Assembly (NCBI RefSeq): GCF_036321535.1
Contig: NC_087437.1
Location: 21,826,001-21,890,000, forward strand
Reading direction: 5' to 3'
Length of the DNA: 64,000 bases
Source: Camelus dromedarius
Lineage: Eukaryota
Shown here: one piece after another, positions 40,986-53,478 of the stretch
Numbering within the stretch: the first letter of the stretch is position 1
How the letters are laid out: each line of letters starts with the position of its first letter
The notes under the pieces: model-generated
Seen by the model: only the letters and a program-made list of their open reading frames with translations
Database searches by the model: none
What the model was told of the DNA's origin: nothing
Made by a program: the position numbers and the translations under genes

Positions 40986-43715
40986 AGGTAAAGGACATTT
41001 TGAGCATGAATTGCTTGAGTAGATACAACTTTTCTAAAGATAATTATGGGTTTTTCTGAAGAAAGATTTGGAAGGAGAATGACTAGAAGTTGTCTTTCTG
41101 TCAGCAACTTTTATAATTTAACACTTACTATGAACCTTAATGATTATCAGCTTTTACCTCTATCAGGAATTTAGCATATTTTTACTGTTCCACATAACAC
41201 TCCGTGTATGAGGCTTTTGCCTCTGTTAATTTATTTGCTAAGGATACGTCTTCAGTAGTATTAACATATCAAAAGATAGGATTCTTATAGTGCCTCAGTT
41301 ATTTCTGTCCCTTTACAAAAGGATGTGTTAATTTTCAGTCACACAGTGTAAAAGCATACTGTGTGTTCACCACATAAATAACATCTAGTGCTATCTTTTT
41401 TTGTTATACTATCTTAGTAATTTCCATTTTTTGATTACTAGGGAAATATTTTTCTCTGTGTATACTAGTGTTAACTACTGGGTAAATTTCAGTATTAATT
41501 TTTTAATTACCTATCTCTTCATTTCTTACCATCATATTCTCAAGTAAAAGTGCCAGGTAGTTTTAAGTGAATAAATATTTTAAAAAGCAGGGTTATTATT
41601 TTTACAAAGAGACGAGCCTTATAATCTTTCTCAGATGAAAATTAATTCACTGCTTTTGATGTTTGCCTTTTACATGAATGTTTCATTAGTGTGCTCTTCA
41701 AGCTAATGTTCACCTGAGTAATAGCCACTGTAGCTAATTTTGGTTCTTCTATCTTATACAAGAACTAATATCGTGTTTTTAAAAACTAAGTCATGAAGTT
41801 TGTGGTGTTCTCAATAAATATTGCTCATCTTGATACTGAAATTGAATTACATGTACTCTTTAAAAGTTTAGTAATGTTAAATTAAAGCTTTTAGTTTTGG
41901 ACTAAATTTTTAAAATTAAAATTATAATAGCATACATAATCACTCTTGGAAAACTCTATTTACCTTTAAGCTCATAATGTCTAAATTTTCTTCAAAGCCA
42001 GTCTTTTCAATAGTTGTCTAAAGCAATTATTGTATCCTTACTGTCCTAATTTTATCAAGTTCCCTACTAGTATGACACGGCTTTGTTCTGAGCACTCACA
42101 GTCTAAATAAATGATTTCTTTTCCGAAGTGACCCAATAAAGCTATCATTGGTTGAGAGAGAAATGTATTTCTTCCCTTTCTCACCCATTTGAGCCTTCTG
42201 ATTGTAAAAGTTCTCTGTTTTCTTCTGTCAGAATTTTGCAAGGGGGCCAAGTGAGGGAAGCATAAGACTTTGTAAAGCCCCACATGCTAGTTAAATGCAC
42301 AGAATTCAGGCATATAGGACCTCTCTATGCCAAGTAGTAGCTTGGGGTTACTAGCTTGAGGTGTGCCTAAAAATTTTGGCACATCTCTTCTACTTAATTA
42401 GCTGGCTCACTTTAGTGGACAAGAGAGGCTTGGCCACTTGCCTGATGCTCCCATTTTGTGTCATTGATGGTTGGCATATGTTATGTTGGCAGGCTTGAGG
42501 CAATTTGGAATTTTTTTTTGAAGCTGGATTTAATTAATTATATAAATTTGACCTGTTTACATTCAAGGAAGGATTATTTCTAGACACTAGTTTTTGTGTC
42601 TTAAAAGTAATTAATGCATATAGTAAAGAAAAATCAAAGGAGTATGAAGTGAGAAAGTCTGCCTTCCACACCCCTTAGTCCCATAGATGAACACTGTTAA
42701 TGACTTCTTGCATAAACTTCCAGACATTTCCTGTGTGTGTTAAACCTTATCTGTATGACAATATATATCTGACCTACCCTTTTAAAAATAGCTGTTATAA
42801 TACTGTTCCACACCCTGCTTGTTTGCTTAATGTTTTGTAGACACCCTTTTGTGCCAGCACATACAGGTGTACTTCATTCTGTTTTAACAGCAATATTTTG
42901 GATGTTCTAAATCCTTTATATACATGCATCTTTGTGTACTTCCTATTGGCTACATTCATAGGGATAAAATTGCGGGTCAAAAGAGTAATGTTAAGTTTTT
43001 CTCCAGATTTGTATGCCAATTTAAACACCAAGAATTTATGAAAAGTACCTATTCCCCAGATTTTGAAGGAGTATTGTGGGAGAATGAAATTAGGCTTGAA
43101 TAAAGCTCCTAAATGCACTACACATGTCTAAGTTACAAAAGATACTCATATAAGTATTAGACCCTCTCATTTGACTTACATGCATAATTTTTTTCTTATA
43201 ATAGACCCAAAATGAAAGAAAATTGATCACCTTAGCAAAAGAGATTAGGGCAGTCCTAGAGGAAGAAATGCTATCCTTTAAGAATTAGTTTAAAATTGGT
43301 TGCAAAAATCAAATGAAATGCTTTATGTCATAATGGCTTTATATTTGTAAACTTTAAGAAGCTATAAATAAAAGCATTTATTTCCCTTTCAGTTTTAGCA
43401 AGGAATTTTCCTTTCATCCCTTGCAAATTAGGCCTTTTCTTAAATCTCCATGTCTCTGCCTTTACACCAACAATGTCCCCCACAGACCTGGTCCAGATTC
43501 AAGGAATGTACCATCCGACACTCACGGTGCTGGCATGATAAGAATGGCTGCTTGTTAGGCAACTGGACTTTTGATGTTTTAAAACTGTTGGAATATCTCA
43601 CACAGATGGAATAAAAGTCATAGCATGTGGATTGTATGTCTTCTTCCTTTTGTTGCCTGGTCATTTAATATTTAATATCTTGTTTTCCTGATAATTTTAA
43701 TGAATGCCTGTGTAA

Positions 43716-43904
<189 letters not shown>

Positions 43905-45397
43905 TGAGTGTCTTTTAAATTTGTAGTAAATATATTTCCGTCTTTCTGTCCTGTTATGTATGAATTCATACTTACAGAAATAGAACTTCAGACTTTCTTT
44001 AAGAAATTCACTTTTGATAAGAGATACTTATTTTCCATGAATCATTTGATGGTCATCTTTACATGTAGAATCTTAAATAATTAATAGACCTGAGTTATTT
44101 ATTCATTGTCTCCTCGACTACAGTCTGTCTTAACAGGGGAACTCTTGCATTTTGTGCACCGTTAGCATTTTGGGAAGGACAGTTCTTTGTGGGTCCTCTA
44201 TATGCATTGCAAGATATAGAGCATCTCTGCCCCTTAAGTATTCACCGTCAGTAGCAATTCTCAGTCATTGTTACAACCAAGACACTCTCATCTCACATTT
44301 CAGTACTTCCTAGGAGATCATTAGAATTGAGATTATTAAAGCTTCATGAACAACTTTTTTCTCTAATTTATTGTATCATAAGGAATTGAACAACCAATTG
44401 TGAGGCAGGCAAAATACCTCTCCTCAAAAGAGAAAGCATGAAAGGGGGACTGTGCACTGGGGAGAGGGTTGCAGTATCTCAGCATCCCATCCTTCCTAGC
44501 TTGCAAACCAGAAGCCCAGGAGTCCCTAACATCTGCCTTTAATCCCTTGCCTCCAGCCATCAGCCAGGCCCTGCCTGTCCTGTTTCCCATCTGTCCCCTC
44601 CCTGCGTTGGTGCAGGCTTTCTCCTCTCTGCCCCGTACCAGCCTCCCCCTCATCTCCAGGTTCATTTCACTTGTCACATCTTCTCTGCCCTGACACCTAT
44701 TCATCCTTCAGATCTGGGCTCAAATGCCCCTTCCTCGGGGAAGCTCTGCCTGAACCCCCTGTGGAAGTGGGGTATCCTTGTTCCGTTCTCACAGCCCCTG
44801 TGAGAATTCTGGGGGGAAAAAACTCATTTTTAAATAAAATAATGGAAAAGGGATAGGGAATTACACATTTGTTGTGTTTCTGTTAGGTATCACCTATTCT
44901 CCAGTTTAATGAATAAGATTAAATGAGTAATAAATATGTATCTAACACCTTCAGTATACCAGACGCTGTTCTAACTGCTAAGTGAATGAAGTATAAATGA
45001 ACAAAACTACCCTTGTGGAGTTTATTTTCTAGTAAGGTGATACAGGAAATAAAAAGAGAAATAAAATAAGTAGTATATCACACGTGATAAGGGCCTATAG
45101 CCCAAATAAAGCTTGGGCCAGGGAGTTTTTGTGTGAGAGAGTGTAGTTTTAATGGAAGGCTATGGAAGGCCTCACAAGAGATGGACATATATATATGATA
45201 TAAAATTTAAAGCTAGTCAAGGATCAAGCCATGAATTTATCTGCAGAAAGAGCATTGGCAGTTTCCAGAGAATGGCAAAGGCAAACACCTAAGATGAGAG
45301 TGTGGTTGGCATGTTCAAAGAAGAGCTAGGAGGCCAGTGTGGATGGTGTGTAGGAATCAGAGGGAGAGCTGTAGGAGATGAAGTCAGGAAGGTAATG

Positions 45398-47464
45398 GGG
45401 AATAAAGCAGATCAAGATGGTGGAGTTAGAGGACGTGGAGCTCACTTCCTGCCAGGAACACATTAGGAATAGATCTACGTGTGAAACAGCTCTCACTGAA
45501 AGCTAGCTGGAAACTGTCAGAAGGACTCCTCTACAACCAAGACTGTAAGAAATATAGCACACGTAATCTGGTAGGATGGGAAGAAAGTGATCAGGTCAGG
45601 ACCTGTGCCCCTGGGAGGGGACTCAACGGAAAGGGGAGATTGCATGGGTAGACATCTGCCCTGGGGAATGAGCGAGTCAAGCTCACTGGGCACATAGGAG
45701 ACCAGCCCCCTCAGGTGGTTGGAGAACCACTGGGACAGATGATAGGCTGGAGAAGCCTGGACTCCACTTATGAGGAGCATGAGTGCTGGCTTGCCCCGAA
45801 GCAGGGTGGAGAGAGGTCTGCCCTAGTGACTTCCAGGTTTCCTGTGACTGCCTCGCCATGGCCCCCAGCCCAAGCTGAGCAAATATCCCAGCCCTGCTCA
45901 TTCCACATCACAGTCCAGCATTGGATCTAGGGCAGCCAGGACTTTGGGATGCAGAGGCAACTCAGTCCTGAGGCATGGCCCAGGTGGGGTGGTGGCCGTG
46001 TTGGCGCTTACTCCAGCAGCGCCCCAGAAACAGCCCAGACATTTGACAGTAGTACAGCTGTTGGGTTTCCTGCGACCAACTTGCTATGTGTCCAGCCTAG
46101 GCTGAGTGAACACTCTAGCCCCAGTCAATCCATGCCACAGCCCAGCACTAGATGTGGAGTGGCCACGGGGTGGCCATGACTGGAGATAAGACACAACGTG
46201 GGCTGCGTCTGAGCAGAGCTGCAGATACCTATACAGGCAATGCATCAGACCACCGTAAGTGCACAAGCCCTACTTGCTTCAGCACATCCTCTCGTTTGGG
46301 GCAAGATCCCAGTGTGGGGAGAAGGAAAAGCACACAGTTTAAAGAAACAGAGCCAGCTTGAGCCGTACCCTCAGGGCTCCCACTCCAGCAACTTGGGAGC
46401 AGACCCCACCCCTGACCTCAGGGTGGTGATGGCCACTGAGCAGAGAGGATGTCCCACCTCATACCCTGGAATCTCTGGCTCCTTCCTTTCTAGCCACACC
46501 CCCTGCCAAGATTTTAGCTGGCAGCACACCCTGAGGAAAGACCGGATCAAATTCAGCCCTCCCACCAAAGGCATTAGGTACCCACAGTCTGCACAGGGAT
46601 GCTCCCACATAGGAACACACCTTCAAGACCACAATAGCTGTTTCACCTGAAGTCATAGAGGCATAGAAAATTAAGTAGAATGAAAAGGCAGAGGAACTAT
46701 TTGAAAAAGCAAGAGAAAAACCTTCAAAAAATAATGAAATAGAAATATACATTTTACCAGGTAAAGTATTCAAATCATTGGTAATAAAAATGGTAACTAA
46801 ATTAGGGAAGAGGATAGATCTAAACAAATAATATTTTAACAAGGAACTAGAAAATATAAAAAAGACCCAATCAAAAATAGATAATTCAATATCTTGAATA
46901 AAAAACATTCTGAATAGCAGACTGAGTGACACAGAAGAACACATGAGTGATCTGGAGGGTAGAATAACAGAAATGACCCAATCACCTAGCAGAAAGAAAG
47001 ACAAATGGAATAAAAAAAATGCAGTCTACGAGATCTCTAGGATAACATTAAACACACCAACATTCACATAATGGGGGTTCCAGAAGGAGGAGAGAGAGAG
47101 AAAGGGATCCGAAATGTATTTGAAGAAATTATGGCTGAAAACTTTCCAAATCTAAAGAAAGAAACAGATACCCAGGTACAGGAAGTACAGAGGGTCCCAA
47201 ATAAGATGAACCCAAACAGACCCACACCAAGACATACCATTAATTAAAATTGCAAAAACAGTATGGAGGTTCCTCAAGAAACTAAAAATGGAACTACCAT
47301 ATGATCCCAGCAATTCTACTCCTTGCTATATATCTAGAAAAAATGAAAACACTAATTCAAAAAGATACATGCACCCCAATGTTCATAGCAGCACTACTTA
47401 TAATAGCCAAAATGTGGAAGCAAATGAATGGCACATCAACAGATGAATGGATTAAGAAGATGGA

Positions 47465-47512
<48 letters not shown>

Positions 47513-48027
47513 CAGAATATCACAAGCCATTAAAAAAAAAAAGAATGAAATTCTGCCATTTGCAGCTATGTGCATGTACCTAAATAATAGTGCCTAGTGG
47601 AATAAGTCAAAGAAAAACAAATACCTTACGATGTCACTTATATGTGAAATCTAAAAAATAATACAAATGAATATATATGCAGAACAGAAACAGACTTACA
47701 GATACAGAAAGCAAACTCGTGGTTACCAAAGGGGAGAGGGAATTGGGGAGGGACACATTATGAATATGGGATTAACAGGTACAAACTCCTATGTGTAAAA
47801 TAGATAAGCACCAAGGATATACTGTATTGCACAGGGAATTATAGCTGTTATCCTGTAATAATTTATAATGGAGTATAATCTGCAAAAATTCTGAATCACT
47901 ATGTTGTACACCTGAAGCTAACATAATATTATAAATCAACTATACTTCAGTTGAAAGGAAGGAAGGAAAGAAGGAAGGAAGGAAAGAAAAAAAGAAAGGA
48001 AGGAAGGAAGGAAAAGAAAAGAAAAGA
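45398..48027 (+). mobile_element. Internally deleted LINE-1 (5' UTR, partial ORF1, ORF2 C-terminus, 3' UTR, purine-rich tail)
   Basis: 5' caagatgg motif at ~45413; GC-rich 5' UTR; ORF1 from ATG 46680 with NIHIMGVPEG, FEEIMAENFPNL and RPTPRH; then ORF2-end KTVWRFLKKLK and CTPMFIAAL; 3' end aactatacttca at ~47938-47949. TSD aaggtaatg at 45389-45397 and 48028-48036. Confidence 0.9.
47467..47510. repeat. (AC)22 microsatellite inside the L1 3' region
   Basis: Direct read. Confidence 0.95.
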
Positions 48028-48366
48028 AAGGTAATGAGATCATGTAGGACTCTGTTGGCCTGTGAATGGACTTTGGGCTTTTGCGATTGAGAGCCATTTG
48101 AAGTTTTTGAGCAAAGGAGTGGGAAAATCTGTAATTAAGTATTAACAAGATCACATAGGTTACTGTGTTGTGGAAAGACAGAAAAGCAGTAAGTGGTTAA
48201 ACAGAAATAATTTATCTTTTGAGTTTATTTCTTTGTTTAAGGCATATCTGTGATGTTGGGTCCAACTTCATTTATTTTATAAAATATTAATCCTGGGTTA
48301 TCAATGTATCCCTTAGGTAATAATGATATAAATGAATTCTTCACTTTTGCTACTTATTTTCTTTAA

Positions 48367-48744
<378 letters not shown>

Positions 48745-48816
48745 TAATGGATATTAACTGCAAGTCTTGAACCAAATTTTTATCTGCAAAGTGTGGAAAC
48801 ATTTGAACAATTTTGA

Positions 48817-49137
<321 letters not shown>

Positions 49138-49507
49138 TAGCTGTTCGATCATGTAACATGGTAATTTAAACAATTCCTAATCTCAGATGCTTCCTAAAGC
49201 ATAATATGCAGGTCTCTTAAGGGCTGGAACTGTCTTGTTTTTGTTTTTTTTCCACTCCTGTATCCTTAATACATGGCATAGTATCTAACATAAAGTAAGG
49301 ATTCAATAAATATTTATTGAGAATGAGAGATAGAGCTGCATTTTTTTTCACAAACTCTCATCTAACAGTTTTAAAACATGGAAAATATTTAGAATACCTG
49401 GTCTGTCATCATAAATAAAGAGTGATTCCTAGAGTCAGTGCATATATTTCTGGTTCTTATTGAAAGTTGTTTGATATATGAATAATTCAATACATGTTGC
49501 TATAAAC

Positions 49508-49886
49508 CAGGACTTGGCAAACTTTTTCTGTAAAGGACCAGATAAGAAATATTTTAGACTTTGTGGGCCGTGACAAAATTGTAGATATTATGTGGGTAGT
49601 AATATAATGAGAGAGAAAACAAATTTCCAAAAATTTTTATTGGTAAAATTAAAAATATAACAATAATGGAGTAATAATTATTTTTATAATACAGGTCTGT
49701 TAATGAAAAGAATGGAATTCCATTTTGGGGGGGGATAACATTTTGTTTAACTGGGGTTCAAAGTTAGTGTTCCCTATCATCAAATGATTACAAATGTTCA
49801 TCTGTAAAAGCCATTCTTAGCTCACAGGCCATCAAAAACAGGAAGTGGGCCACATTGGCTTGTGGGTCATAGTTTGCTAATCCCTA
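49508..49886 (+). mobile_element. MER58-family hAT-Charlie element
   Basis: Termini caggacttggcaaact...agtttgctaatcccta; 8-bp TSD ctataaac (49500-49507) / ctataaag (49887-49894). Confidence 0.88.
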
Positions 49887-49908
49887 CTATAAAGTGAGGA
49901 TTTTAAAA

Positions 49909-50042
49909 ATTTTTTTATTTATTATTTATTTTGGGGAGAGGTAATTAGACTTATGTATTTTTAATGGAGATAATGGGGATTGAACCCAGGACCTTGTGCC
50001 TGCTAAGCATGCACTCTACCACTGAGCTCTACCCTCCCCTGC
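49909..50042 (-). mobile_element. tRNA-Ala(AGC)-derived SINE (camelid Vic-1-like)
   Basis: Reverse complement reads GGGGAGGGTAGAGCTCAGTGGTAGAGTGCATGCTTAGCAGGCACAAGGTCCTGGGTTCAATCCCC with an A-rich tail. TSD taaaStgaggattttWaaa at 49890-49908 and 50043-50061. Confidence 0.9.
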
Positions 50043-50170
50043 TAAACTGAGGATTTTTAAATCAAGAGAAACATACAGGTAAATGAATAAAACAAATATG
50101 GAGGGCATATTTATTTTAAACACGTGTTAAATATTATTTTGTAATAAGTAGTGGCAAAAATATAGTCTAA

Positions 50171-50503
<333 letters not shown>

Positions 50504-52185
50504 CCATTTTCTAAATCATGTAGAGAATAATTTTCAATAATAAATCTGAAGCACTGCATTTGCATAACTTGCAATTAAGTTAATAAGATATACATTAAAA
50601 TAATTATGTGAAAGCCATTCTTTAAAATATTTATAGCATAAATATATGTTATGTAAAATATGTATATAGAATTCGTTTTTTTTAAACCCTCTGTTAGTGG
50701 CTTTTGCAGGAGTAAAACAGATTAAGTAATAGATTTTGTTAGCATGCTGCTTCATTTTCTTATTTGAAGAGTGCTTTAACAGTTTTTCTTTTTATGCTTA
50801 AGAAGGGCAGTTAGAAGTGTACACTTTCCAGAAGGATTTGTAAAAATGAAGATCAGCAAATGTGGACTGGTCTCCTTCCACAGGCTACACTTGAGATATA
50901 GAAGTCATTTTTTTAAAAATCTTTGTTTTAGGAGTATATATAATTCAGTATTTATTGTTTAGGAGTATAGTTTTACCTAAAATAGTAGTCTATTTTTCTT
51001 TTTTATTTTGTTATAATTTTAAGCAACAAAGATAAAACCCTAATGAATATTTGAATTTATTTATGTGTCTGTAAATTTAAATTCACTTCAATGTTTGTTA
51101 TTGTAATATATTTACTTTTACATGGTTGTAATCACTTTATATTTTTAATTTTGCTTTTTTCACTTAATAGTATTTTATATATACATTTCCATATATTGAT
51201 ATAGTTCACGTATTTAAATTTTTATAGAATTATATAGTTTTTGAAAAATGTAGTAGACTTTTCATTCTGTAGCTATAGAGTATTTGATTATGTCTATAAG
51301 TTTGCACAACTATTTCTCTAAGATTAGGTATTTATTAGCTTTTAATTTTTCATTATCATAATAGTGCTAATTTTTTTTTAAGTTGGAGTGAATGTTCCTA
51401 GTTATCAAGCTAACTCAAAATAAGGATTTAGAAGATATTTCCTTATCATGTATGATCACAGACTGTTCTGTTTTTGTAAACATTGGTGGACCATTTAATG
51501 CAAGGATTTGTTTTATATTTGAGCTGAGGTTCTTGAGCTTATCTCCCAAATTATTTTCCACCAGATTTAATATAGCTTCTATAAAAGTGACTTCATGCTT
51601 ATTTGTGGCTCATTCTTGATACTTAGGATGAAAAGCACTGATTTTTTAAATTAGAGAATAAAATATGTATTTAAATTTTTTCCCTGTGTTCATATAAGGG
51701 ATATAGTTAACATTTTTTCATATTGCTTGTATATTCTTGCAGCATTTCCAGTTAAGAGTTATTAGGTGTATCATTATCTTCTTAACTGAATGTCAGATGG
51801 TCTTAAGGCCACAGGGTGCAGGTAGCCCTTGGTCTGTAAGCACCACCGATCCAGGGATCATTGTTGAAATATGTTAGTATTGTGTTTCATCTTACTTTTA
51901 ACTTTTTATTTTTTAATTTCCAACTTGTAAGTGTTCCCTTTTTTGGGCAAATTCTTATAAAAATGTTTATTGTAAAGTTAATATATTTTGTCTATGATGG
52001 GATTATGCACTTCCCAATTGGGATTTTACATCAGGGTTTTTAGTCATTCTAAAAAAAAATACCTAATTATTAAATCAAAATATTTATAGAGTGCCTACTG
52101 TATGCATGAGTTACTTATAAGGTGTATTTTGAATGACAGCATATTGTGAGAAAAAAGGTAAATAAAACTTGACATTAGATTATAA
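50504..52185 (+). other. TRPC1: TRPC1 3' UTR (AU-rich, ~1.7 kb; end inferred)
   Basis: Non-repetitive AU-rich sequence after the stop. It ends near AATAAA 52161-52166, after which L1 relics resume at ~52225. Confidence 0.7.
52161..52166 (+). terminator. Probable distal TRPC1 polyadenylation signal AATAAA
   Basis: Canonical hexamer at the end of the unique 3' UTR, followed by GT/T-rich sequence (gtctgttcattgtatt). Confidence 0.65.
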
Positions 52186-52580
52186 ATTGACAGTCTGTTC
52201 ATTGTATTATTATATACTCTTACACTTTTTATTGCTATAATTCACATACCATAAAATTTACTCTTTTAAAGTATACAGTTTAGTGCTTTTTTCAAATTAT
52301 GGCAACGAAGGGCTAAAATGCAAAATATCAACATCAGACCCCTTTGTACCCCTTCATACCTCCAATGGCAGTCACATTTAACACTTTTAGCTATTTCTTC
52401 ATATATTTATAAATACTATGTTTTGAAGTAATACGTATACACAAAGACTTGTATGTGAATGTTTATGGCAGCTTTATTCATGATCTCAAATTGAAAACAA
52501 CCAAATGCCCATGAACTGGTGAATGGATAAAACAGTTGTACCTCTGTGCAATGGAAATCAGCTCAGCGATAAAAAAGAGT

Positions 52581-53170
52581 TGTATCCGTCAGAGTTCAGT
52601 CAGAGAAGCAGAACCACTAGGATGTTTGCAGGCACACATGTATGTGTGTACAGTGATTTGTTGACAGGGATTTGACATTACACAGTTATTAAAGTTGGTT
52701 AAGCAGACTCTAAGGCTGTTGATTTTGCATCTAATACTAGAGCTTGACGTTCACCAGGTAGGCTTTTGGGAGGGGAAGAGAAGGGTCAACTGGAAGAAAC
52801 ACAGAGAAGCTGGAACGCATGAGGATGGACTGAGATCCATTCCCCTTCTCACTGTCTCCATCCTTGATGATGTGGGTGTCCCGTGGGAGAAGTTGCCCTG
52901 TGCTCCGTTGCTAAATACACGAGTGGCCCAGGAATCAGAGACACTGAAGGACGATCCAAGGAAAGATGGAATGATTATAGTCCTGCCTGCTGCCCCACTC
53001 CAACAAGTTGAGCCAGCAGGTAAGTTTCAACATGTGTGAACTATGAAAAAAGCTGAAGTGGCTGCTGCTTCCTAAAAACATTCCACTGACATGTGTCTTG
53101 TGGCCCACCCTAACTGGAAACATACAAGGGAGAGAATGCTAAGAAACATAATTCAGTTTGACCCAGGCAC
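52581..53170 (-). mobile_element. MLT2-family (ERVL) LTR nested in an old L1 3' region (~52430-53510)
   Basis: tgtatccgtcagagttcagtcagagaagcagaaccactagga...; TG...CA ends; flanking L1 motifs resume on both sides. Confidence 0.75.
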
Positions 53171-53391
53171 AAACTGCTGATGGATGCAATGCCATAGATG
53201 AATCTTAATAGTATGCTAAGTGAGGAAGCTTGTCACAGAAAGCTACTTACTGTATGATTTCATTTATAGGACATCCTAGAAAAAACAAAACAGTAGAAAC
53301 CAAAATCAGATCGTTAGTTGCCAGGACCTGGTGGTGGGAGGAGACTGATTGCACAACTCTTCAAACTGTACATTTAAAAAGGGTGAATTTT

Positions 53392-53478
53392 GGCTCACAC
53401 AGGCACCTCTCGTCTGTGTGGCCACTGTTGTTGCCTGTAGCAGCATACCTATTAAACTTTTCTAAACTTAAAAAAAAA
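53392..53478 (+). pseudogene. Short 5'-truncated retrocopy of an unidentified polyadenylated RNA
   Basis: 78-nt non-L1 insert with ATTAAA (53451-53456) and A9 (53470-53478), flanked by direct repeat gtgaatttt (53383-53391 and 53479-53487). Confidence 0.7.

Larger units (their letters stand above)
44890..48200 (-). mobile_element. L2 relic (44890-45397 and 48037-48200) split by the L1 insertion
   Basis: aggaggccagtgtgg...gtaggagatgaagtcaggaaggtaatg continues as agatcatgtaggac...gagccatttgaagtttttgagca after the L1. Confidence 0.75.

Noticed and set aside
43381..43560. Possible extra exon upstream of exon 10 (acceptor-like tttccctttcag at 43381-43392 and ccccacag at ~43485)
   Set aside because: There is no convincing donor or frame-consistent reading, so it cannot be supported from sequence alone.
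45517..47004. Cluster of 60-181 aa ORFs on both strands
   Set aside because: They lie in the GC-rich L1 5' UTR or antisense to L1 ORF1 and show no recognisable protein or exon structure.
49965..50040. tRNA-Ala(AGC) gene (also at ~17136-17207)
   Set aside because: Both have mismatched stems, SINE-type A-rich 3' extensions and TSDs, so they are SINE heads.
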